This document shows, piece by piece, positions 43,165 through 52,025 of a DNA stretch of 64,000 nt; the first letter of the stretch is position 1, and each line of letters starts with the position of its first letter. Source of the stretch: an uncultured Alphaproteobacteria bacterium (GTDB lineage Bacteria; Pseudomonadota; Alphaproteobacteria; HIMB59; GCA-002718135); assembly GCA_902635455.1 (NCBI GenBank), contig CACPNW010000001.1, positions 5,214 to 69,213 of the forward strand, written 5' to 3'. The translations under genes were made by a program, and so were the position numbers. A model generated the notes under the pieces. That model had not been told where the DNA came from and ran no database searches. It saw only the letters and a list, made by a program, of their open reading frames with translations.

Positions 43165-43708
43165 AAGGTTTAAAGGACTTATCAGAATTTATACTTATAT
43201 TTTTTGCAGGATTGCCGACCATTGTAGCATTTTCAGGAACATCTTTTAATATTACAGTATTGGCACCAATTCTTGCAAAATTTCCAATTATAATTGGTCC
43301 TAAAATTTGAGCTCCAGAACCGACTATGACATTATCCTTAAGTGTTGGATGTCTTTTAACATTTCTTTGTTTTTCAGAATTCTCAGAAGGAGAAATACCC
43401 CCAAGTGTTACACCGTGATATAAGGTAACATTATTACCGATTTCCGAACTTTCACCTATTACAACACCCATTCCATGATCTATAAATAAATTTTTTCCAA
43501 TTTTAGCAGCTGGATGTATTTCAATACCAGTTAAAAATCTACTGAATTGAGAGGTCATTCGTGCAAATAAATAAAATTTAAAATTCCATAATTTATTAGC
43601 TAAAAAATGAAAAAAAATAGCTTTGACCCCTGGATAGGTAAGTATTATTCCCAATTTATTTCTTGCAGCAGGATCTCTTCTTATAATAGATTCTAGATAT
43701 TCATTCAT
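43136..43708 (-). CDS. cysE: serine O-acetyltransferase
   Basis: N-terminal RDPA motif and hexapeptide repeats (IDHGMGVVIGESSEIGNNVTLYHGVTLGG). Confidence 0.88.
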   Translation of the reverse strand: MNEYLESIIRRDPAARNKLGIILTYPGVKAIFFHFLANKLWNFKFYLFARMTSQFSRFLTGIEIHPAAKIGKNLFIDHGMGVVIGESSEIGNNVTLYHGVTLGGISPSENSEKQRNVKRHPTLKDNVIVGSGAQILGPIIIGNFARIGANTVILKDVPENATMVGNPAKNISINSDKSFKPYGVRDYEKK

Positions 43709-43781
43709 AAATATTTTTATAAATAACTATTAAAATGTTTTTTTCAATCAGTTATATATAGTAATTTAAATGGCTTAAATT

Positions 43782-44162
43782 ATGGAAAAAATTAAAGTTT
43801 ATTATGAAGATACAGATGCTAGTGGAAGAGTTTTTTATGCAAATTATTTAAAATACTTAGAAAGAGGAAGGACAGAATTTTTATATAAATTAAATTTAAA
43901 TCATAAGTATATAAAAGATAATTTTGATATTATTTTTGTTGTTAAAAAATGTGATATTGATTTTGTAAAACCAGGATTTTTTGAAGATATAATTAATGTT
44001 GAAACTAAAATATTAAGTTTTTCAAAAGTAAAAATTATTTTTAAACAAAATTTATTAATAAATAAAGAAATTATAGTTAAGGCTAAAATTACCATTGTTT
44101 CAATAAATAGCTCTGGTAAAATCAAATCAATGCCAAATAAATTGTTGAATTATTTTAATTAA
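43782..44162 (+). CDS. YbgC/4HBT-family acyl-CoA thioesterase
   Basis: 126-aa hotdog fold with YYEDTDASGRVFYANYLKY (catalytic Asp motif). Confidence 0.8.
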   Translation: MEKIKVYYEDTDASGRVFYANYLKYLERGRTEFLYKLNLNHKYIKDNFDIIFVVKKCDIDFVKPGFFEDIINVETKILSFSKVKIIFKQNLLINKEIIVKAKITIVSINSSGKIKSMPNKLLNYFN

Positions 44163-44220
44163 AATACTCGATTTTGAATTTTAACTTTTTTATTTTTAAA
44201 AATAATGATAAATATCTATC

Positions 44221-45054
44221 ATGGGAATAATTACAGATATAATCCTACCATTAGCTTTAGCTTTTATAATGTTTTCATTAGGATTAGGTTTAACACAAAA
44301 TGATTTTTTAAGAATAGTTAAAAAGCCAAAAGAATTTTTATTAGGCTTATTATCACAAGTAATTATCCTTCCCATAGTTGGTTTGATTTTAGTCTTGCTA
44401 ATTCCTATGCCTATGGAAATTGCTATTGGAGTAATGATAATTGCTGCTGCACCTGGAGGAGTAACTTCAAATGTTTTAACATCTTTTGCAAAGGGTGATG
44501 TGGCTTTGTCTATTTCTTTAACTGCAGTAATAAGCATTTTATCTGTTGTATCAATTCCAATAGTTTTGTCCTTATCATTATCACTTCTCGATAAAGGCAA
44601 TATTTCAGATATTTCTCTTTTTGATATAGCGTTAAAAATGTTTTTGATAGTTACTATACCTGTAGTTGTTGGAGTTATATTCAATAATCTTTTAAAATCA
44701 TTTCAAAAAATTGCAAAAAATATTTCAACAATATTATTTTTCTTAGTTCTACTGGGAGCTATTTTAGCTGAAAGAGAAAATATAGTATCATATTTTGCCC
44801 AAGCCGGATTGGTAACTTTAATTTTAAATATTATTATGATGGTTATCGCTTATTATTTAAGTAAATTTTTTATATCAAATATTAGTCAACAAAGAGCAAT
44901 TACAATAGAATGTGGACTTCAAAATGGAACTTTAGCCATAGTTGTTGCGAATGTATTTTTTGATGGAGGTATTTATTTAATTCCTGCAGCTACCTATAGT
45001 TTGATTATGTATTTAACTGCTTTGCCATATATATATTTCTTAAGAAGAAATTAA
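44221..45054 (+). CDS. bile acid:sodium symporter (BASS)-family transporter
   Basis: 277-aa polytopic protein with AAAPGG and ECGLQN motifs typical of BASS/SBF. Confidence 0.78.
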   Translation: MGIITDIILPLALAFIMFSLGLGLTQNDFLRIVKKPKEFLLGLLSQVIILPIVGLILVLLIPMPMEIAIGVMIIAAAPGGVTSNVLTSFAKGDVALSISLTAVISILSVVSIPIVLSLSLSLLDKGNISDISLFDIALKMFLIVTIPVVVGVIFNNLLKSFQKIAKNISTILFFLVLLGAILAERENIVSYFAQAGLVTLILNIIMMVIAYYLSKFFISNISQQRAITIECGLQNGTLAIVVANVFFDGGIYLIPAATYSLIMYLTALPYIYFLRRN

Positions 45055-45834
45055 TAAAGGAAAAGTATCAGAATCTAGAATATCACCATTTTTTAATTTT
45101 AGCTCAGGAAAAGGAGGGGACATTTCACCCTTTCTTTTAATATAAGTAGCATCGTCACCAGTAAACCTTACTGAAAATGCCCTTCTTCTGTTTTTAGATA
45201 TATTTTCAGGAGCTCCATGTATAGTAGAAAATTTAAAAGCTACCGCATCTCCTAAATTAAATTTCCATGAGAGAATTTTATATTTATCTTTATTATCTTC
45301 AATATTAGGTATGCTTTGAAATTCTTCATCTTTATGCTCATATTTATTACCAAAAAATTTTGTGGGTAAAAATTGTTTATTCCAATTATGCGAGCCTTCA
45401 ATAAATTCTGGTGAAACATTCTTTAAAACTGGATCCAATGGAATCCAGATACTGCAATTATCTTTGCCATTAACACAATAATATGATTGATCTTGATGCC
45501 ATGGAGTTTTTTTTTGAGATTCTGCTTCCTTTATCAAAACATGTTCATGGAACAAGTTAACCTTTTTTGATTGCATTAATTCTTTTGCAATTCTCGCAAT
45601 ACCTGAATTAAAAATAAAATTTTGATACTCTCTAATATTTTGCCAATTGCAGTAGTCATCATAAAATATTTCTTTGTTATTTTTTTTTTCATAAACACAT
45701 TTGTATTTACTTGGATTTTTAAAATTTAATTCTACACCCTTTTGAAGTTCTTTTATCCACTTTTTATCAATTATGTTTTTTAAAAATACTACTCCGTAGT
45801 TTGAGAATTCTTTAATGTTTTTATTACTAAGCAT
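45040..45834 (-). CDS. phytanoyl-CoA dioxygenase (PhyH)-family Fe(II)/2OG oxygenase
   Basis: WHQDQSY (HxD), a distal His in STIHGAP and an Arg in RRAFSVRF. Confidence 0.75.
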   Translation of the reverse strand: MLSNKNIKEFSNYGVVFLKNIIDKKWIKELQKGVELNFKNPSKYKCVYEKKNNKEIFYDDYCNWQNIREYQNFIFNSGIARIAKELMQSKKVNLFHEHVLIKEAESQKKTPWHQDQSYYCVNGKDNCSIWIPLDPVLKNVSPEFIEGSHNWNKQFLPTKFFGNKYEHKDEEFQSIPNIEDNKDKYKILSWKFNLGDAVAFKFSTIHGAPENISKNRRRAFSVRFTGDDATYIKRKGEMSPPFPELKLKNGDILDSDTFPLLISS

Positions 45835-46596
45835 TTAATTTTTTATTTTATATCCTTTAGAAAAACTATAAATAATTATAGCTAAACAAGAAAATAAAAA
45901 GAAAAATATTGTTATCAAGCTTGTAAAAATACTAACATCAGCTATTTCATAAAAACTCCACCTAAAGCCACTTACTAGATACAAGACAGGATTAAGCAAT
46001 GAAACTTTTTGCCAAAACTCTGGTAACATATCAATACTATAAAAAGAGCCTCCTAAAAAAACTAAAGGAGTGATTATAAGAATTGGTATTAACTGTAACT
46101 TTTCAAAATTATCAGCCCAAATTCCAATCATAAAACCAAAAAGCGCAAAAGTTACTGAAGTCAAAACTAAAAAAAATATCATTATAAAAGGGTGTTCTAT
46201 ATTTAAATCAACAAATATACCTGCTGTAGCTATAATTATGCATCCAATAATTAATGATTTTGTTGCTGCTGCTCCTACAAAACCAATAATTATTTCAAAA
46301 CTTGAAAGTGGTGCTGCTAATAATTCATATACAGTATTAGTAAATTTAGGAAAAAAAATACCAAATGATGCATTACTTATACTTTGAGTTAAAATTGTAA
46401 GCATAATCATTCCAGGAACTATAAATGAACCGTAACTAACACCATTTATTTCTGTTATTCTAGAGCCTATAGCTGATCCAAAAACAACAAAATATAATGA
46501 AGTGGAAATTATTGGAGATATCAAACTTTGAAACAAAGTTCGTCTCATACGATCCATTTCATGATAATAAATTGCCTTAAGGCCGTACCAATTCAT
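45835..46596 (-). CDS. ABC-2 type transporter permease
   Basis: 253 aa with 6 TM segments in an ABC-2 layout. It overlaps the upstream ATPase gene by 20 nt. Confidence 0.85.
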   Translation of the reverse strand: MNWYGLKAIYYHEMDRMRRTLFQSLISPIISTSLYFVVFGSAIGSRITEINGVSYGSFIVPGMIMLTILTQSISNASFGIFFPKFTNTVYELLAAPLSSFEIIIGFVGAAATKSLIIGCIIIATAGIFVDLNIEHPFIMIFFLVLTSVTFALFGFMIGIWADNFEKLQLIPILIITPLVFLGGSFYSIDMLPEFWQKVSLLNPVLYLVSGFRWSFYEIADVSIFTSLITIFFFLFSCLAIIIYSFSKGYKIKN

Positions 46597-47521
46597 TTTT
46601 TGACTCCTTTAATAAATTTAAAAATATTGACTCTAAAGAACTTTGTTCAGTAGTGATATCTTTTAGTTGAATTCCATTATTTTTTAATTCAGAAAGCAAA
46701 GCAGTAATACCAGTTCGCTCAGATTTAGTATCATAAAAATAAATTATAGTTTTTCCCTTATTACTAATTTGTAAGTTATAAATTTCTAAACTTTTAGGAA
46801 TTCTATCAATTTTTGAATTTATTTCTATTTTAAGTATTTTTTGACCTAATTTTTTAATTAAACGACTTTTTTCATCTACAATAATTATTTTACCATTATT
46901 TATAATTCCAACTCTATCAGCTATTTCTTCAGCCTCTTCTATATAGTGTGTTGTTAAAATAATAGTAACTCCTTTTTGTTTTAATCTTTTAACAACTTTC
47001 CACATGTCCTTTCTTAATTCAACATCTACACTGGCAGTAGGTTCGTCTAAAAATAAGACTTTGGGCTCATGCGATAAAGCTTTTGCTATCAAGACTCTTC
47101 TTTTCATGCCACCAGATAATTCTCTTAATTTGCTATCTTTTTTATCCCAGAGTGAAAGTTCTTTTAGTAAGGATTTTATATATTTGTGATTAGGAGATTT
47201 TCCATATAACCCTCTTGAATAATTTACATTATTCCAAACAGTTTCAAAAGCTTCTAAATTTAACTCTTGCGGAACAATTCCAATTAAAGATCTCGTTTGT
47301 CTATAATTTTTAATAATATCCAAATCATTCACTTTAATTGTACCAGAGTCAAAATTCAAAATTCCACAAATAGTATTAATTAAAGTTGATTTACCAGCAC
47401 CATTAGGGCCTAAAAGAGCAAATATTTCTCCTTCATCAATATTCAGATTTAATTCATCTAACGCTTTTAATTTTCTATTATAAAATTTTGAAACATTATC
47501 TATTTTAATTATTTGATTCAT
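46577..47521 (-). CDS. ABC transporter ATP-binding protein
   Basis: Walker A GPNGAGKST, signature LSGGMKRR and Walker B VLFLDEPT. Confidence 0.92.
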   Translation of the reverse strand: MNQIIKIDNVSKFYNRKLKALDELNLNIDEGEIFALLGPNGAGKSTLINTICGILNFDSGTIKVNDLDIIKNYRQTRSLIGIVPQELNLEAFETVWNNVNYSRGLYGKSPNHKYIKSLLKELSLWDKKDSKLRELSGGMKRRVLIAKALSHEPKVLFLDEPTASVDVELRKDMWKVVKRLKQKGVTIILTTHYIEEAEEIADRVGIINNGKIIIVDEKSRLIKKLGQKILKIEINSKIDRIPKSLEIYNLQISNKGKTIIYFYDTKSERTGITALLSELKNNGIQLKDITTEQSSLESIFLNLLKESKNELVRP

Positions 47522-47529
47522 ATTTTTAA

Positions 47530-48327
47530 TTAATTATAATCTAGCTCTATAGAGCCTAATGATCCAAAATCAGCTTTTATCTTAGTGCCTTTTGTTAACA
47601 TAAGAGCTTTAGTGCAAGATCCAGTTGAAATGTATTGACCTTTTAACATTGGCTCCCCTTTTAAAGCTAAAGTATTTATTAACCAAATTACTGCATTTAA
47701 TGGGTTTTTTAGAACGTTATTAGTATTACCTACTTCACAAATATTAGAATCAACAAAAATTTTAATCTCATGGTTGTTTAAATCAATTTTATTTAATGAA
47801 TATAAATTTTCATTTCGTACCCAATAATCAGAAGCGCCATTAGTAGCTATTAAGTTAAATGCACCAATTTTGTTTATTGGTTTTAAAAATCTAAAATCTA
47901 CAATTTCTACTGCACATAGCATCCCGTCTATTAAAGTTTCAATATCTTCAAGACTAAATGGGGCAAGGGTAATATTTATATCTTCTTTTATTCTAAATCC
48001 TATTTCTGGCTCCAAATATGGTTTATGAAAATTTTTTGATTTTAATGATTTTTTATTAATTTCAGAAAATCTAGTAAAAAGATTACCATAAAAAGGTTGA
48101 TTTATTCCCACTTGTTTAGCTGCTTCTTTATTAGTAACTCCAATTTTTTTCCCAAGAACATCATTATTATGTAGTTTTAAATATAAAATTTTCAATTCAT
48201 CCTGAATTTTATAAGCTTCATCTAAATTTAATGGCTTATATTCTGTATCTAAACTTTCTAAACCAGTTTTATTTAATTTGTGTTCAAATAAAATTTTTGC
48301 AGCTTCTGAATATTTATCTAAACTCAT
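47530..48327 (-). CDS. FAH-superfamily hydratase/decarboxylase (2-keto-4-pentenoate hydratase-like)
   Basis: 265 aa with an AYKIQDEL N-terminal motif and EPEIGF (metal-binding ExE). Overall it resembles MhpD/XylJ. Confidence 0.65.
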   Translation of the reverse strand: MSLDKYSEAAKILFEHKLNKTGLESLDTEYKPLNLDEAYKIQDELKILYLKLHNNDVLGKKIGVTNKEAAKQVGINQPFYGNLFTRFSEINKKSLKSKNFHKPYLEPEIGFRIKEDINITLAPFSLEDIETLIDGMLCAVEIVDFRFLKPINKIGAFNLIATNGASDYWVRNENLYSLNKIDLNNHEIKIFVDSNICEVGNTNNVLKNPLNAVIWLINTLALKGEPMLKGQYISTGSCTKALMLTKGTKIKADFGSLGSIELDYN

Positions 48328-48329
48328 TA

Positions 48330-49043
48330 TTAAAGTGAATATTTATTCATGTTATTATAAATTTTTAAACTTTCTTTATATATATTTTGATATTTTGAAG
48401 GTACAACTGTATTTGAATCATTGTATTTGGTAAAAGTATTAGACTTGTTTACTTGTTCATACCAAATAACACTCCAAATACCATCGCTATTTCTAGGCCC
48501 TTTAGGCCAATTTAACATTTTATTTGAAAATTTTATATTAAGTCTTTCACATAATTTCCTAATAATTTCTTTTGGATTTTTTAAAATATAATCTGAATTT
48601 ATAACTATCGGATTAAAATCATATTTTGATTTAACAATTTTAAAAATTTCAAATTGTTTCTTAAAACCAATATCCCTAATATCTAAAATTTCATTTTTTT
48701 TTATATAAGAATTTATAACTTTGCCAGGATGTCTTATCAAAAAGCAGTTTTTTCCATTTTTTAGCCAATCAAGATTATTTACATCTATAAGATGATGAGT
48801 CATATGTTTTTGATAATAAATTTTTTTATTTTTAGGTAATTTTGTTATTTTATTTAAAATTTCCTTAATATCATTAGGATAAGCATCAATAATTTTATTA
48901 TACATAGGGTGTTTTAGTCCAGTATTTTTTAAATAGAATGAATAAAAAGGTTCATCTAAAACTTCAGTGTCACTTCTATTTTCAAAAGAACGCATTAAAG
49001 CGGTGCTTAAATTTCGAGGACCTGACCACATATAAATAATCAT
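48330..49043 (-). CDS. sulfotransferase-fold (P-loop-like) protein, function unknown
   Basis: N-terminal SGPRNLST resembles the 5'-PSB loop of sulfotransferases. It is translationally coupled to the aminotransferase upstream. Confidence 0.4.
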   Translation of the reverse strand: MIIYMWSGPRNLSTALMRSFENRSDTEVLDEPFYSFYLKNTGLKHPMYNKIIDAYPNDIKEILNKITKLPKNKKIYYQKHMTHHLIDVNNLDWLKNGKNCFLIRHPGKVINSYIKKNEILDIRDIGFKKQFEIFKIVKSKYDFNPIVINSDYILKNPKEIIRKLCERLNIKFSNKMLNWPKGPRNSDGIWSVIWYEQVNKSNTFTKYNDSNTVVPSKYQNIYKESLKIYNNMNKYSL

Positions 49044-49939
49044 TATTTATTTATTAATTGATTATATAAATTAAGAATTTTAAAAGTTAAATTATCTTTT
49101 TTAATAGAAAATCTTTTATTATTAATTTTATTAATTGGAACTACACCGCCAAATGTTCCTGTTGCAAAAGCTTCATCAGCCCTCATAACATCTTTTAATT
49201 TAAAGTTTTTTTCTTTAACTTTGATTTTATTAAGCTTACAAATTTCTATAACTTTTTTTCTAGTAATACCATTTACACAAAATTTTCCTTTGGATGTAAA
49301 AACTGTCTTATTTTTAACGTAAAAAAAATGTGTACTATTATTTGTTGCTATATTATTTTTTATATCAAGCATTAATGCTTCATCTGCACCTTTCTTTGAT
49401 GCTTCTATACAAGCTAAAATACAATTTAATTTACTAAGAGAGTTTATTTGAGGGTCTTGTACATTTTTGGGTCCTCTAATTATACTAACAGTTACTAGTT
49501 TTAATCCTCTTTTGTATATTTTATTATCAGGTTTTTTATATTCAGGAATTATTATTATTGTAGGTTTAGAAATTGTTACTTTAGGTGATTGATATGGTGT
49601 TGATTTAATTCCTCTAGATACTATTAATCTTAAATGAGCATCAGTTTTCATTTTATTTATTCTAATTGTTTTTAATAGTAAATTTTTCAAAGATTTTTGT
49701 GAAAGATGAATTTTTAAATTAATTTTTTTGGCATCTTCATAAAGTCGTTTAATGTGATCATTTAAAAATAAAAATTTATTATTATGGTATCTTAATCCAT
49801 CCCATACACCGTCACCTAATAACACAGATGAATCAAAAACAGATATATTAGCATTTTTTCGATTATAAAATTTTCCATTAACATATATTTTAATGTTATT
49901 ATTTCTTTTATCTTTTAAAAATTCGTGACTAGAAGGCAT
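49043..49939 (-). CDS. class IV (BCAT/D-amino-acid type) aminotransferase
   Basis: 298 aa of fold-type IV pattern (VFDSSVLLGDGVWDGLR, ATGTFGGVVPI). Confidence 0.85.
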   Translation of the reverse strand: MPSSHEFLKDKRNNNIKIYVNGKFYNRKNANISVFDSSVLLGDGVWDGLRYHNNKFLFLNDHIKRLYEDAKKINLKIHLSQKSLKNLLLKTIRINKMKTDAHLRLIVSRGIKSTPYQSPKVTISKPTIIIIPEYKKPDNKIYKRGLKLVTVSIIRGPKNVQDPQINSLSKLNCILACIEASKKGADEALMLDIKNNIATNNSTHFFYVKNKTVFTSKGKFCVNGITRKKVIEICKLNKIKVKEKNFKLKDVMRADEAFATGTFGGVVPINKINNKRFSIKKDNLTFKILNLYNQLINK

Positions 49940-49953
49940 AATTATCTATAAAT

Positions 49954-49985
49954 CAAATAAAGGGTAGGGGTCTACCCTTTATTTG
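49954..49985. terminator. 14-bp perfect hairpin, probable bidirectional/intrinsic terminator
   Basis: CAAATAAAGGGTAG GGGT CTACCCTTTATTTG has a GC core flanked by T/A-rich tracts on both strands. It lies 14 nt upstream of the aminotransferase ATG on the minus strand. Confidence 0.55.
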
Positions 49986-49986
49986 C

Positions 49987-50046
49987 AAGAATGTAGACAT
50001 AATTGTATTGAGTGGAACAGAGAAAAAATTATTATGCTACATTCTT
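49987..50046 (-). other. long imperfect hairpin immediately downstream of metY
   Basis: AAGAATGTAG (49987-49996) pairs with CTACATTCTT (50037-50046). An inner CATAAT/ATTATG stem follows after a 1-nt bulge, with an apical loop of about 27 nt. Confidence 0.45.
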
Positions 50047-50060
50047 AATCATTTAAGTTT

Positions 50061-51353
50061 TTATAATGCTTGTTCTATATCTTCTAAAATATCGTCAATA
50101 TGTTCAATACCAACAGATAATCTAATATATCCAGGAGTTACACCGGTTTTTAGTTGATCTTCTTTACTTAATTGTGAGTGTGTAGTTGATGCAGGATGTA
50201 TGGCTAAAGTTCTTGCATCACCAATATTAGCAACGTGATAGATTAATTTTAAATTATCAATAAATTTTTTGCCAGATTCAAAACCATCTTTAAGTTCAAA
50301 TCCTACTAATGGTCCTTTTCCATACTCTAAATATTTATCACTCCTTTCTTTATATACACCTATTTGAAAACCAGGATAAATAACTTTTGAAATTTTATTA
50401 TTTTTTAAAAGATAATCTGCAACTTTGTATGCATTCTTTTGATGTTGTTTGAATCTTAATGGCAATGTTTCTAGTCCTTGAATAAAATTAAAAGCATTTG
50501 TTGGTGATAAACAAGAACCCATATCTCTAAGTAATACAAATCTTGCCCTAACTGCAAAAGTTATATTTGCGCCTAACACTTCTGGAACTACTTTTCCTAA
50601 TATCCATCCCCAGTAATTAGGATCAGGTTTATTATATAAAGGTTGTTTATCAGGAAATTTTGTCCAATCAAATTTACCGGAATCTACTATTATTCCTCCT
50701 ATAGAAGTACCATGACCTCCTATCCATTTAGTTAATGAATGCACAACTATAGAAGCGCCATGTTTAATCGGTTTGCATGTTATAGGTGCTGCTGTATTGT
50801 CTACAATAAGAGGAATTCCTTTTTGTTTTCCAATTTTCGCAACTTCTTCTATTGGAAAAACATTTAATTTAGGGTTTGGTAAAGTCTCAGCATAATATCC
50901 TCGTGTTTTTTCATCTGTTAATTTTGCGAAATTCATAGGATCCTCTGGATCTGCAAATCTTACCTCTATACCCAATTGATTAAAAGTATTTGCAAATTGA
51001 TTCCAAGTACCTCCGTATAAATCGGTAGAAGAAACGATATTATCACCTGCTTGACATAAATTTTGTATTGCAAAAGCTGTTGCTGACTGACCTGAAGATA
51101 CAGCTACAGCAGCTAATCCTCCTTCTAATTGAGCAATTCTTTCTTCAAGGACAGCAGTCGTAGGATTCATTATACGAGTATAAATATTTCCTAATTCTTT
51201 TAATGAAAATAAATTACTAGCATGTTCTTGATTATTAAATTGATAACTAGTTGTTTGATAAATTGGCACAGCAACTGAATTAGTCGAAGCATCATTTCTA
51301 AATGAACCACCATGAACGGCTATTGTTTCTGGGTGATAAGATGTTGTAGTCAT
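50061..51353 (-). CDS. metY: O-acetylhomoserine aminocarboxypropyltransferase (sulfhydrylase)
   Basis: 430-aa Cys/Met-metabolism PLP enzyme with the PLP lysine in HSLTKWIGGHG and the YTRIMNPT motif. Confidence 0.9.
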   Translation of the reverse strand: MTTTSYHPETIAVHGGSFRNDASTNSVAVPIYQTTSYQFNNQEHASNLFSLKELGNIYTRIMNPTTAVLEERIAQLEGGLAAVAVSSGQSATAFAIQNLCQAGDNIVSSTDLYGGTWNQFANTFNQLGIEVRFADPEDPMNFAKLTDEKTRGYYAETLPNPKLNVFPIEEVAKIGKQKGIPLIVDNTAAPITCKPIKHGASIVVHSLTKWIGGHGTSIGGIIVDSGKFDWTKFPDKQPLYNKPDPNYWGWILGKVVPEVLGANITFAVRARFVLLRDMGSCLSPTNAFNFIQGLETLPLRFKQHQKNAYKVADYLLKNNKISKVIYPGFQIGVYKERSDKYLEYGKGPLVGFELKDGFESGKKFIDNLKLIYHVANIGDARTLAIHPASTTHSQLSKEDQLKTGVTPGYIRLSVGIEHIDDILEDIEQAL

Positions 51354-51356
51354 TTT

Positions 51357-51416
51357 ATACCTCTTTCTTTAGTATTTTTCGTTTTCTGGTGTACAAACTG
51401 AAAGATCAAATACCAT
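51357..51416 (-). promoter_or_regulatory. candidate H-type pseudoknot leader (SAM-II/SAM-V-like riboswitch) sequestering the metY SD
   Basis: In the minus-strand leader GGUAUUUGAUCUUUCAG...GAAAAAUACUAAAGAAAGAGGUAUAAAAUG, GUAUUU pairs with AAAUAC (P1). The loop UCUUUC pairs with the 3' GAAAGA that overlaps the SD AGAGG. Confidence 0.4.
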
Positions 51417-51527
51417 ATAAATAAAATATAATTCTTTTTTATCAGTGTATATAGAAAATATTTATAAAATATTCTAAATTATAGTATTAAAATAGAATAA
51501 AATTCTATATATTTAAGTAAATATAAA

Positions 51528-51989
51528 ATGGATGATATAGATAAAAAAATTCTTTCTCACTTACAAGATAATGTAAACATACCATTATCTGAATTGTCTA
51601 AAAAAATTGGTATATCAACTACACCATGTTGGACTAGAATAAAAAAATTAGAAAAAGAAAAAGTAATAATTTCTAAAACAATAGAAATAGATAACAAAAA
51701 AATAAATTTACCAATAACTGTATTTTTGATGATTTCGATTCAAAATCATACTGAAAAATGGCTTAAAAATTTTGTTAAAATTGTGAATCAATATGATGAA
51801 ATTATAGAAGTTCATAGACTTACTGGATCAAAAGTGGATTATCAGTTAAAAATTTTGACGAGTTCAATATATGATTATGATAAATTTCAACAAAAACTTA
51901 TTAAAGAAATAGAATGCACGAATATGACAACAAGTGTTTCATTACAAACAATTAAAAAATTTAAAAAATTTCCATTAAGTAAAATATAG
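51528..51989 (+). CDS. Lrp/AsnC-family transcriptional regulator
   Basis: 153 aa with an N-terminal HTH (DDIDKKILSHLQDN...SELSKKIGIS) and a C-terminal RAM domain. It is divergent from metY. Confidence 0.9.
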   Translation: MDDIDKKILSHLQDNVNIPLSELSKKIGISTTPCWTRIKKLEKEKVIISKTIEIDNKKINLPITVFLMISIQNHTEKWLKNFVKIVNQYDEIIEVHRLTGSKVDYQLKILTSSIYDYDKFQQKLIKEIECTNMTTSVSLQTIKKFKKFPLSKI

Positions 51990-52025
51990 GTTTGTATAAT
52001 TTCTTTTAATATATATTGAAAGAGT

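Noticed and set aside
44196-44684. 162-aa minus-strand ORF
   Set aside because: It is antisense to the BASS-family transporter, whose TM pattern and AAAPGG/ECGLQN motifs are convincing. The minus-strand product is a T/I/K-rich mirror image.
46070-46387. 105-aa plus-strand ORF
   Set aside because: It is antisense to the ABC-2 permease, which is translationally coupled to its ATPase.
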